Sequence record: KF620435
Source: Shigella phage pSb-1
Strand: one strand, 5' to 3'
Length of the DNA stretch: 64,000 nt
Of the stretch, positions 51,893 to 60,192 are shown piece by piece; the first letter of the stretch is position 1, and each line of letters opens with the position of its first letter. A model generated the notes under the pieces. It worked only from the letters and a program-made list of their open reading frames with translations. It did not search any database and had not been told where the DNA came from. The position numbers and the translations under genes are program-made.

Positions 51893-52742
51893 TGTCTCAC
51901 TGGCTCTGGCTGTATGGCTATTGCATGACGAATATGACTATGTAGATAACCCTAAGTACCTGTCTGTTACTACATTGCTTAAGCCCATTAAGCAAATCGT
52001 CATGAAGCATCGTGTAGATTTAAGTGACCAGTCAATTGATGTTATGGATTTCGTCTCCACATCAATGGGTACTGGTTTACATGATTCTATCGAGAAAGCC
52101 TGGAAGCTAGGTCATAAGACTGCATTGAAGAAGTTGGGGTATCCTCAACGAGTAATTGATGCAGTAGTCATTAACCCAACCGAAGCAGACTTTGATACTA
52201 ACCCTGACCTTATCCCAATCTACATTGAACAGCGTGGAACCAGGATAGTTAAGGGTTGGACTATCGGTGGTAAGTTCGACATCGTAACAGAAGGTCTGCT
52301 GCAGGACTTTAAGTCTACCTCCACCTATTCCTGGGTTGCTGGTTCCCGTGATGATGAACACAAGATGCAAGGTAGCTTGTACCGTTGGATTCACAACGAC
52401 ATCATTACTGAGGATGTAATTCGTATTAACTACATCTTCACTGACTTCATGAAGCATATGGCTAATAGCAATCCGAACTATCCTGCTAATCGTATTATGC
52501 ATAAGGATATTCCGTTGCTATCTATCGAGAAGACTGAACGTTGGGTAGAAGAGAAGATTCACCTCATTGAGAAGTACTGGAATGCACCTGAAGAGAAAAT
52601 TCCTGAATGTACTGACGAGGAGTTGTGGCGAACAGAGCCACAGTTCAAGTACTTCTCTGATGCTTCTAAGGTAGATGTACCTGGAGCCAGAAGTACCAAA
52701 AACTTTGATGATATGGCATCTGCTCGTATCTTCATGGACTGA
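51870..52742 (+). CDS. PD-(D/E)xK-type nuclease candidate (290 aa)
   Basis: GGKFDIVTEGLLQDFKS resembles the D...(D/E)xK core; position in replication module. Confidence 0.35.
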   Translation: MKITNNHDVSLALAVWLLHDEYDYVDNPKYLSVTTLLKPIKQIVMKHRVDLSDQSIDVMDFVSTSMGTGLHDSIEKAWKLGHKTALKKLGYPQRVIDAVVINPTEADFDTNPDLIPIYIEQRGTRIVKGWTIGGKFDIVTEGLLQDFKSTSTYSWVAGSRDDEHKMQGSLYRWIHNDIITEDVIRINYIFTDFMKHMANSNPNYPANRIMHKDIPLLSIEKTERWVEEKIHLIEKYWNAPEEKIPECTDEELWRTEPQFKYFSDASKVDVPGARSTKNFDDMASARIFMD

Positions 52743-52847
52743 AAAAGGTGGCAAGGGTGCTATCAAGGTCGTGGAGGGGCAGGTTAAGCGTTGTCTATAC
52801 TGCCCTGTCGCATCCATTTGCAAACAAAGAGAGAGATATTTTCCATC

Positions 52848-55001
52848 ATGAGTATTGACCTGACCGGAGTCACTCACCACCCTGCAATCGAAGAAATTGT
52901 AGACGTGCTGTGTAACAAGACACAAAACAACGACAGAGGATTCTTCCGTGTCGAAGTAGCCTACTTCCTGGCTAAAATGGCATCCTGCATGGGTGCAACC
53001 ATTGTCACTAAAGACCGTGGTGACTTACCAGTCAACATTTACGCTATGGCATTAGCAACGTCTGGCTTCGGTAAAGGTCACTCGGTAAATATTATTGAAG
53101 ATGGGTTCATGACTGGCTTCCGTAAACGTTTTATGGAAGACACCATGCCCGTCATTGCAAATGACCGTCTATGGAAAATTGCTAACGAACGTGCTGCTCG
53201 ACAAGGTACAGACCAGAATGATGAATTTGATAAAGTTGAAGCAGAGTATAAGCGTGCCGGGGCATATCCGTTTACGTTTGACTCTGGTACTCCACCAGCA
53301 GTTAAACAACTACGGCATAAGCTGTTAATGGCTGGGTGTGGTTCAATCAACCTACAGATTGATGAAATTGGTTCGAACCTGTTGGCTAACACAGATGTAT
53401 TAACCCTGTTCCTGGAGCTATATGACCAGGGTAAGGTTAAGCAGAAGTTAACCAAGAACACTGCTGAAAGCGTTCGTGGTGAAGAACTGGATGGTAAGAC
53501 CCCAGCTAACCTGTTGCTGTTTGGTACACCAAGTAAGTTGTTAGATGGTGGTCAGACTGAAGACCAGTTCTATGACTTTCTGGATACAGGGTATGCACGT
53601 CGCTGTCTGTTTGCCATTGGGCATTTAGACAAACGAGCACATGCAACAATGTCTCCAGAAGAAATCTACCGTAACCTGATTAAGCAGGATAACGTACAGT
53701 CTCTTGGCAAGTGGGCTAATCACTTCCATAGCCTGGCTGACCCAAACCTGTTTGGCTTTAAGATGGTTGTAGAAGATGCTGTGGGTATTGCTCTGATTAC
53801 TTACAAAATTGATTGTGAGAAACAAGCAGAAGCTATGGCTGACCACGAAGAAATTCGTAAGGCTGAAATCTCCCACCGTTACTTCAAAGCTCTTAAGCTG
53901 GCAGGTGCATTAGCGTTTGTTGACCAGAGTTCATTCATTGAGATGTCCCATCTTAAACAAGCAATCCTGCTTGTAGAGGAATCCGGGGCAGCATTCCAGG
54001 GTATTCTCAATCGTGAGAAAGCCTATGTGAAGCTGGCTAAGTACATTGCCTCTGTAGGTAAAGAAGTAACTCATGCTGACTTACTGGAGTCATTGCCGTT
54101 CTATAAGAGTGGCAATGCAGCTCGTAATGAGATGATGACTCTTGCTACAGCATGGGGATATAAACAGCACATCATCATTAAGAAAACCTTCAATGAAGGT
54201 ATTGAGTTCTTCCGTGGTGAAACTCTGAAAGAAACTGACATCAATGAGATGATAGTGGCATATAGTGATAGCTTTGCTTATGACTACATTGGTGAACGTG
54301 TACCGTTCGACCAGTTGCATGTATTAACCCAAGCTCCCGGTATGCACTGGGTGAACCATCACATGAAGAATGGGCATCGTTCTGAAGAGAACGTTATTCC
54401 AGGATTTAACATGATTGTTATTGACTGTGATGGTGGAGTACCACTGCATACGTGCCATGAACTAATGAAGGAATATAAGTTCATGACCTATACCACTAAA
54501 CGTCATTCTGATGAAGAGAACCGATTCCGACTGATTATTCCAATGAACTATGAGTTACACCTCGATACTGAGGAATACAAAGAGTTCATGAATAACGTCA
54601 TGTCCTGGCTACCGTTCGAAACGGATGAATCTGCTAACCAGCGAGCCAAGAAATGGATGTCCTGCGAGACTGGTTCTTATCATTACAATCTTGAAGCAAA
54701 TCTGTTGGACGTGCGTGACTTTATTCCTCGTACTAGTAAGAACGAGCAGTTCCAGAACCAGATGAAGGAAGTACAGTCGTTGGATAATCTGGAGCGTTGG
54801 TTCGCTAGTCGTATTGCTACCGGTAATCGTAATAATCAAATGATTAAGTACGCACTGGCATTGGTTGACAGTGGTTGGGATTTTGCCCAAGTACAGCAAG
54901 CCGTCCACTCATTCAATAAGAAACTGGCTAATCCATTACCAGATGATGAATTGAATGCAACCGTAATGGTCACCGTGGCTAAACGCTTCGCTGGCAAGTA
55001 A
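52848..55001 (+). CDS. DNA primase / replication initiation protein (D5/VirE-like)
   Basis: P-loop-like ATSGFGKGHS; C-terminal region with IVIDCDGG; family assignment tentative. Confidence 0.4.
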   Translation: MSIDLTGVTHHPAIEEIVDVLCNKTQNNDRGFFRVEVAYFLAKMASCMGATIVTKDRGDLPVNIYAMALATSGFGKGHSVNIIEDGFMTGFRKRFMEDTMPVIANDRLWKIANERAARQGTDQNDEFDKVEAEYKRAGAYPFTFDSGTPPAVKQLRHKLLMAGCGSINLQIDEIGSNLLANTDVLTLFLELYDQGKVKQKLTKNTAESVRGEELDGKTPANLLLFGTPSKLLDGGQTEDQFYDFLDTGYARRCLFAIGHLDKRAHATMSPEEIYRNLIKQDNVQSLGKWANHFHSLADPNLFGFKMVVEDAVGIALITYKIDCEKQAEAMADHEEIRKAEISHRYFKALKLAGALAFVDQSSFIEMSHLKQAILLVEESGAAFQGILNREKAYVKLAKYIASVGKEVTHADLLESLPFYKSGNAARNEMMTLATAWGYKQHIIIKKTFNEGIEFFRGETLKETDINEMIVAYSDSFAYDYIGERVPFDQLHVLTQAPGMHWVNHHMKNGHRSEENVIPGFNMIVIDCDGGVPLHTCHELMKEYKFMTYTTKRHSDEENRFRLIIPMNYELHLDTEEYKEFMNNVMSWLPFETDESANQRAKKWMSCETGSYHYNLEANLLDVRDFIPRTSKNEQFQNQMKEVQSLDNLERWFASRIATGNRNNQMIKYALALVDSGWDFAQVQQAVHSFNKKLANPLPDDELNATVMVTVAKRFAGK

Positions 55002-55057
55002 GCAAACAGGAGTCTTTCTTTGGTTTGAAGGACTCCTAAATTAAATGAGGAAAAATA

Positions 55058-55810
55058 ATGTCCGAAGTAATTCCCAATGATATGAACACTCAGCTAATCC
55101 TGATTGCAGGATTCTCAGCGAGTGGTAAATCAGCATCACTGCGTAATATCAGGAACCAGGAACGCTGGCTCTATCTGAATACTGAAGCAGGTAAACGTCT
55201 GCCTTTCCGTAATAAATTCAATACCTACAACATTGAAGACCCATACCAAATCTGGGAAGCATTTGATGTTGCATCTCCTGGTGGAGAAATGGCAGACGAT
55301 GTTGATGGTATCATCATTGACTCAGCAACCTTCATGATGGACATGCTGGAATCCCAGTACGTATTGCCATCTGCAAACACGCAAAAGGCGTGGGGTGATT
55401 TTGCACAGTTCTTTAAGATACTGCTGCAACAAAAAGTAGTTAAGTTTGGTAAGCCAGTAATTATTACTGCTCATGCTAAAGACGAACTGGATGAAGCTGC
55501 TGGTGTAATGAAAACATTCATCCCAGTGAAAGGTTCTCTGAAGAATAACGGGCTTGAAGCCTACTTCTCTACCGTGGTTTACGCAGAGCGTGTAGACATT
55601 AAAGAACTGGAGAAGTATGGGAACAAGATGTTAGAAATTACGGAAGAAGAACGTGACTTAGGGTATAAGCACGTATTCCAGACCCGTCCTACCAAGAAGT
55701 CGGTTGGTAAACGACTTCGTTCCCCAATGGGTATGTTTGATAAGTCCGAGACTTACATTGATAACGATGCCCAGAAACTCTTAGACCATCTGGCTGAATA
55801 CTACGCTTAA
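55058..55810 (+). CDS. RecA-fold ATPase (Sak4-like recombination/annealing ATPase candidate)
   Basis: Walker A AGFSASGKSA and Walker B-like IIIDSATF. Confidence 0.4.
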   Translation: MSEVIPNDMNTQLILIAGFSASGKSASLRNIRNQERWLYLNTEAGKRLPFRNKFNTYNIEDPYQIWEAFDVASPGGEMADDVDGIIIDSATFMMDMLESQYVLPSANTQKAWGDFAQFFKILLQQKVVKFGKPVIITAHAKDELDEAAGVMKTFIPVKGSLKNNGLEAYFSTVVYAERVDIKELEKYGNKMLEITEEERDLGYKHVFQTRPTKKSVGKRLRSPMGMFDKSETYIDNDAQKLLDHLAEYYA

Positions 55811-55849
55811 GCGTTTGCCTGGTTGTTAATCACTTATTAGGAAAATCAT

Positions 55850-56646
55850 ATGTCATTGTTCAGTAATCTGAAAGAAAAAACCAAAAACGTTGAAGCTGTT
55901 AAAGACTCCCTGGGTGGTGGTGGCTTCGGTGCAAAAGAATCCGATATCTACACCGGTACTGTAAAAGTAGCTTACGTAGGTAAAGCTGACTCTGGTGCAG
56001 ACTGGATGCAGTTAATCATTGAAGACCTGAAAAACTCAGATGGCGTACCTGCCGGTGAGTTCCGTGCTCAGGTGTACTTCACTTCTGGTAATGCTAAAGG
56101 CAATAAGCGACTTACGAGAAGAACGGTAAAGAGTACTTCCTGCCTGGCTACACTGTCATTAATGACATGATGCTGATGGCTACTGGTTGTGAACTGCCAG
56201 ATGCAGACTTCGAAGAGAAGATCGTTAAAGTCTACGACTTCGATGCTAAAGCAGAAGTTAATAAATCCGTCATGGTTCCAGTTGATCTGGTTGGTCAGAC
56301 TGTTACCTTCGCTCTGGAAAAAGTTCTGGAATCCAAGCAGGTTAAGGGTGACAACGGCTACGTTGACTCTGGTGAAACTCGTGAAGTAAACGAGATTCAG
56401 AAAGTGTTTCACCCGGAACTGCTGGTCACAGTCGTCGAGGCTCAGGAAGCAGAGAAGGCTGAGAAAGAACTGACCCCAGAACTGGCTGTATTCTACGCAG
56501 CATGGCTGGAAAAGAACAAAGGTAAAACCCGTGATAAGACCAAGGGTTCTGCTGGTGGTAATGGTAAAGGTGGCTTGCCTCCTAAACCAGGTGCTGGCAC
56601 GAGTACTACTCCTGCTGGTGGTAAATCACTGTTCGGTAAACGTTAA
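55850..56646 (+). CDS. single-stranded DNA-binding protein candidate (N4 gp45-like), frameshifted near 56103..56106
   Basis: Fragments 55850..56170 and 56167..56646 join if AA becomes AAA at ~56103; Gly-rich C-terminal tail. Confidence 0.4.
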
Positions 56647-57200
56647 TGAAAATCCCAATTGTTGGTGCAGACATTAGTCTCCGCAATTGGGGTTTAGCTC
56701 GTGGGATGCTGGACATTGAGTCCGGCGTCTTCGAGCAGGTCGAACTTAAACTGGTTCAAACTGAAGTTGACCACAACAAACAAGTTCGAACCAACTCCAA
56801 AGATATACAAGCCGCTCACGATTTGTTTCTTGGTTGTGAGGAATGGTTACGATCTGCTAAAGCAGTATTCGTAGAAGTACCAGTAGGCTCTCAGTCTGCT
56901 AATGGTATGAAATCCTATGGAGTATGCGTAGGATTAATTGGTGCATTTCGTGCATTGGGTTGTCCAATCTTTGAAGTATCCCCAATTGAAAACAAACTTG
57001 CACTGGTCGGTGATAAAACTGCATCCAAAGACACGATGATTCGTGCTGCTCATGCCATCTATCCCGAAGCCAACTGGCTCACAGATAAGAAAGGTAAACT
57101 TCTGAATAAGAATGAGCACTTAGCTGATGCAATCGGTGCAATCCATGCTGGTGTAAATCTCCCAGCTTTCCAGAACCTTATTAAGTTATTAAAGGCGTAA
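56646..57200 (+). CDS. RuvC-like Holliday junction resolvase candidate
   Basis: N-terminal MKIPIVGADISLRNWGLA resembles the first RuvC catalytic motif. Confidence 0.35.
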   Translation: MKIPIVGADISLRNWGLARGMLDIESGVFEQVELKLVQTEVDHNKQVRTNSKDIQAAHDLFLGCEEWLRSAKAVFVEVPVGSQSANGMKSYGVCVGLIGAFRALGCPIFEVSPIENKLALVGDKTASKDTMIRAAHAIYPEANWLTDKKGKLLNKNEHLADAIGAIHAGVNLPAFQNLIKLLKA

Positions 57201-57201
57201 T

Positions 57202-57645
57202 ATGCAAATCATTTTGAACCAGTCCGAAGTAGAAGCTGCTGTACAGGCTTATGTCGATGATCAAATCAATCTTGCTGGTGACATTAATATTGTCATCAAT
57301 GCAGACGGTACAGCCTCCGTTGGTATCAACGAAGATGTAAGTCATAACGATGATACTCCACCCTTGGTAGAGAAGAAAACTCGCCGTTCTCGTAAGAACC
57401 CTCAAGAAGCTAAACACCGTCCGGTAGAACCAGAGCCGGAAGAAGTAGTTGAAGAGATAAAGGAAGAAGAAACCCAGACCTCTACTGGTGGTCCGAACGG
57501 GAGTTCTACGCCGGAACCTGAAGAAGAAGCAGTAGCTGAACCAGAAGCACAAGAAGAAGTTGTGCAGGAAGAAGTTAAGGCTGAAGAACCAGCAGAGAAA
57601 CCTGCTACTAAGCCTTCACTGTTCGCTGGCCTTAAACGTAGTTAA
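57202..57645 (+). CDS. highly acidic low-complexity protein (147 aa)
   Basis: Glu/Pro-rich tail EPEPEEVVEEIKEEE...EPEEEAVAEPEAQEEVVQEE. Confidence 0.35.
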   Translation: MQIILNQSEVEAAVQAYVDDQINLAGDINIVINADGTASVGINEDVSHNDDTPPLVEKKTRRSRKNPQEAKHRPVEPEPEEVVEEIKEEETQTSTGGPNGSSTPEPEEEAVAEPEAQEEVVQEEVKAEEPAEKPATKPSLFAGLKRS

Positions 57646-57780
57646 TCTGGTAGGTGGCTCAGAAGCTGCTGCTATTTGTGGTAGTGTTCGTAATTCTGAT
57701 GCTATTGCTTATCAGGATTCTGGACGTGTCGGCTCCATACATAGCATTTATCATCACTGTGCTTATACTTTGGAAACTCA

Positions 57781-58050
57781 GTGATAAAAACGGTGGTGAC
57801 AAGCCGCCAGAGTAACAACAACAACCGAACCAGTGTGCAGGAATACTCTCCCCTGTGCATTGGTTCAACTGAGGCTAATATGAACAAATTTACTATTCAC
57901 TGGCTCAATGGGAAGGTTAGTTCTTTCATGGGTGGAGAACCCGTTGAAGGAAAGAAAGCATTTCACATTGAATCAGAAGGCTGCAAAATCTTAGTACCAT
58001 ATGTTTGGTATAAAGATGGTGAAGTAGAAGCATTAAAAAAGAGTAGTTAA
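57781..58050 (+). CDS. hypothetical protein (89 aa)
   Basis: Last plus-strand ORF before the non-coding region. Confidence 0.3.
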   Translation: MIKTVVTSRQSNNNNRTSVQEYSPLCIGSTEANMNKFTIHWLNGKVSSFMGGEPVEGKKAFHIESEGCKILVPYVWYKDGEVEALKKSS

Positions 58051-58222
58051 TATCGTGAAGGGTTCTGTTAGAATCCTTTGAGATAGGAACTCCTATCATA
58101 ACCTTTCTTAACTTAATCTTTGCCGTATGGCACTGACGCTAGGGGTGGCCCCCCATCCGTCAGTCAGACTATTTTAAGAATGGGTTATCACAGAAAATGT
58201 AAAGCAACATTCGGGTTAATCA

Positions 58223-58250
58223 ATGGCCTCTCCCTATAGAGGCCATTTCT
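58223..58250 (+). terminator. hairpin terminator candidate (ATGGCCTCT-CCCTAT-AGAGGCCAT + TTCT)
   Basis: 9-10 bp perfect stem followed by T-rich tract. Confidence 0.5.
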
Positions 58251-58263
58251 GAATCTTAGGCTA

Positions 58264-58291
58264 TATCCCAAAGGTTAGTATCTTTGGGATA
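58264..58291 (+). other. second strong hairpin (ATCCCAAAG-GTTAGTAT-CTTTGGGAT)
   Basis: 9-bp perfect inverted repeat. Confidence 0.5.
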
Positions 58292-58450
58292 AGGCTTCAG
58301 ATCCCTTATCAACTAACGCTCATGTTGAGCACAACATTAACTAATAATGTCGGATAGTTCATTACGCTATTCATTCAGCATCGAGATGTTAGGTCTTACA
58401 TGTAATATAGGGTATAAAGGGAGGATTCGTCCCCTCCTCCTATTATAATG

Positions 58451-58520
58451 GTCGGGGTAGCACGTAGGCATGTGCAGCTGGTCGCTACTTCTCTCGCTGG
58501 TTCGAATCCAGCCCCTGACC
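58451..58520 (+). tRNA. tRNA-like element 1; anticodon arm not foldable by eye
   Basis: 7-bp acceptor GTCGGGG/CCCTGAC, D-arm GCAC-GTAGGCAT-GTGC, T-arm GCTGG-TTCGAAT-CCAGC; only 20 nt between D and T arms with no 5-bp stem. Confidence 0.35.
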
Positions 58521-58789
58521 TACTGACATCCTATCAATGAGTACATTAGGCTAACGTGCGGAGGTTTACACTGTAGCCGGTGTAGGTAGAGAAGACGGCA
58601 GGGTAGCTACCTGTGCTTAGTGTACTCTTTGATAGGTTGTACTATCAAAGTCCAGACGATATCTGAGTGACTATAAAAACAGATGGAGCCAGGTGGAATC
58701 CCTGGCAATTAATTCAAAGTAGCATTGCACTAATCCATCTCGGAATTCAAAGGCCAACCATGGAGCAGTGCTACTTTGAATTAGAAGAA

Positions 58790-58905
58790 TTATGACGGGT
58801 CTGGTGAAGTAGATGGGGTTCGATTCCCTCCGGTGGATAAAACCACTAGCGTGCTTGGTGCACGAATAAGACTTAATACTGGTGGTTCGATTCCATCCCC
58901 CGTTA
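58790..58905 (+). ncRNA. tRNA-like region with two T-arm motifs; boundaries unresolved
   Basis: GGGG-TTCGATT-CCCT at ~58815..58829 and GGTGG-TTCGATT-CCATC at 58881..58897; 13-bp inverted repeat just upstream (58711..58781). Confidence 0.25.
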
Positions 58906-59100
58906 TCCGAAGTCGCCAGGTACTTATGGCAAACGGGTAGTAACGAACTAGTCATTCGTCAAACGCCCACCCAATTATGAGTCAGCAAGAACGCCTTCAC
59001 TTAAACTTAAACAAAAAAGCTTAACGCAATAATTATGTAGGGGTATGTAAGGATTGCGAAGAAGGAGCCAGTTAAAGCCTGGCATGACTCACCTATTTAT

Positions 59101-59185
59101 GCCCACTTAGCTCAATGGTAGAGCGCAGGAAAGCTTCGAGAGAACAAGGTGTCTGTGGTCACTGGTTCGAATCCAGTAGTGGGTA
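59101..59185 (+). tRNA. tRNA-like element 3 (type II length); anticodon arm not foldable by eye
   Basis: Acceptor GCCCACT/AGTGGGT, D-arm GCTC-AATGGTA-GAGC, T-arm ACTGG-TTCGAAT-CCAGT; 35-nt middle with no canonical 5-bp stem. Confidence 0.4.
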
Positions 59186-59412
59186 CTCATTAATAGAGAA
59201 CATAGTCCTGATTGCATTGCACTCTAAAGACAATGCCGGTGAGACAGTCCGGCACTCTAGTTATTGTAAACATGCCTATCGATATGAGTATGAGCAGACT
59301 ATAATGCTCAAATACAGTTATCTATTATCGGACTATCAATCCTGTTTGCTGGTACAAGCACCAGTGGTAATAGTTAACTGGCCTAGCCTCGTTAGCTGCG
59401 TTAAAGCTACTA

Positions 59413-59438
59413 AGTCCCTCTTCGGAGGGACTTTTTTA
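59413..59438 (+). terminator. rho-independent terminator
   Basis: AGTCCCTC-TTCG-GAGGGACT followed by TTTTTT. Confidence 0.6.
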
Positions 59439-59608
59439 TTTGAGTATTAATAATTGGACATTCACTATGATTGACCTAATCTCTACTCCGTATGCCTATG
59501 AGGTAACGGATAACCGAGGGCACAAGTACTTGGTATTTGCAGGTAGCGTAGCCTATAACAACGCAGTCATGTTTAAGTACAAACTCAAACCACTCTATGA
59601 GGCTAATA

Positions 59609-59746
59609 ATGGAATTTGATGATTTAGATTTTGAAGCTATCGAAAAAGCGAACCAAGCAAAACTGGAACAAGCTAACCGTGAAGCTGAAGAACTGGAAAA
59701 TGCCAAAGATAACAATGAATGTACAAGTGGTGGTTGCACTATCTAG
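59609..59746 (+). CDS. small acidic protein (45 aa), below track cutoff
   Basis: ATG 59609, frame checked to TAG 59744..59746; the overlapping minus ORF 59476..59739 is judged spurious. Confidence 0.25.
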   Translation: MEFDDLDFEAIEKANQAKLEQANREAEELENAKDNNECTSGGCTI

Positions 59747-59869
59747 TACAAAAGCGTAAGGTGGTTTTTACCGAAAGGTACTGAACTACCCGACAAAGTA
59801 GTAAGGCTTAAAAAGCCAAAACAAAACAAGCCCTCCTAGTGAGGGCTTTCTCATTTATAGGAAAATAGC

Positions 59870-60103
59870 ATGACACAAGTATCTATTACCTCTGTTGTTC
59901 GTGAGGCCATTCTCAACAATACTGTTCGTACATATTCATTTGATGAAATCGCGGAGAAACTTGGAGTAACTCGTTACGTAGCTAAGAAACTTTACTTCTC
60001 GTTCCTGTGGTTCCCTTCCGAAGAAACATTACGGAAGATTAAAGAGACTGGTAAATTTCCAAGCGAAGGGCGTAAGCCTAAGATGTGGAGAAAATGTGAC
60101 TAA
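59870..60103 (+). CDS. hypothetical protein (77 aa)
   Basis: ATG with AGGAAAA upstream; ends before the bidirectional terminator. Confidence 0.35.
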   Translation: MTQVSITSVVREAILNNTVRTYSFDEIAEKLGVTRYVAKKLYFSFLWFPSEETLRKIKETGKFPSEGRKPKMWRKCD

Positions 60104-60140
60104 ATCATTTACAGCACATCAAGTATGAGTATTAGTAGAA

Positions 60141-60164
60141 GCCCCTCTAATGAGGGGCTTTTTC
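60141..60164. terminator. bidirectional terminator between converging genes
   Basis: GCCCCTC-TAAT-GAGGGGC followed by TTTTTC. Confidence 0.55.
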
Positions 60165-60192
60165 ATTTAGTTAGTGAGGTTGAGCCACGGGT

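Noticed and set aside
58451-59185. Calling the T-arm-bearing elements canonical tRNAs with specific anticodons
   Set aside because: Acceptor, D and T arms fold by eye but no 5-bp anticodon stem could be found, so no isotype is assigned.
59476-59739. Minus-strand 87-aa ORF in the region after the tRNA-like cluster
   Set aside because: Overlaps two short plus-strand ORFs that have start codons and lie between plus-strand terminators; the minus ORF is Ser/Ala/Phe-rich with no RBS.
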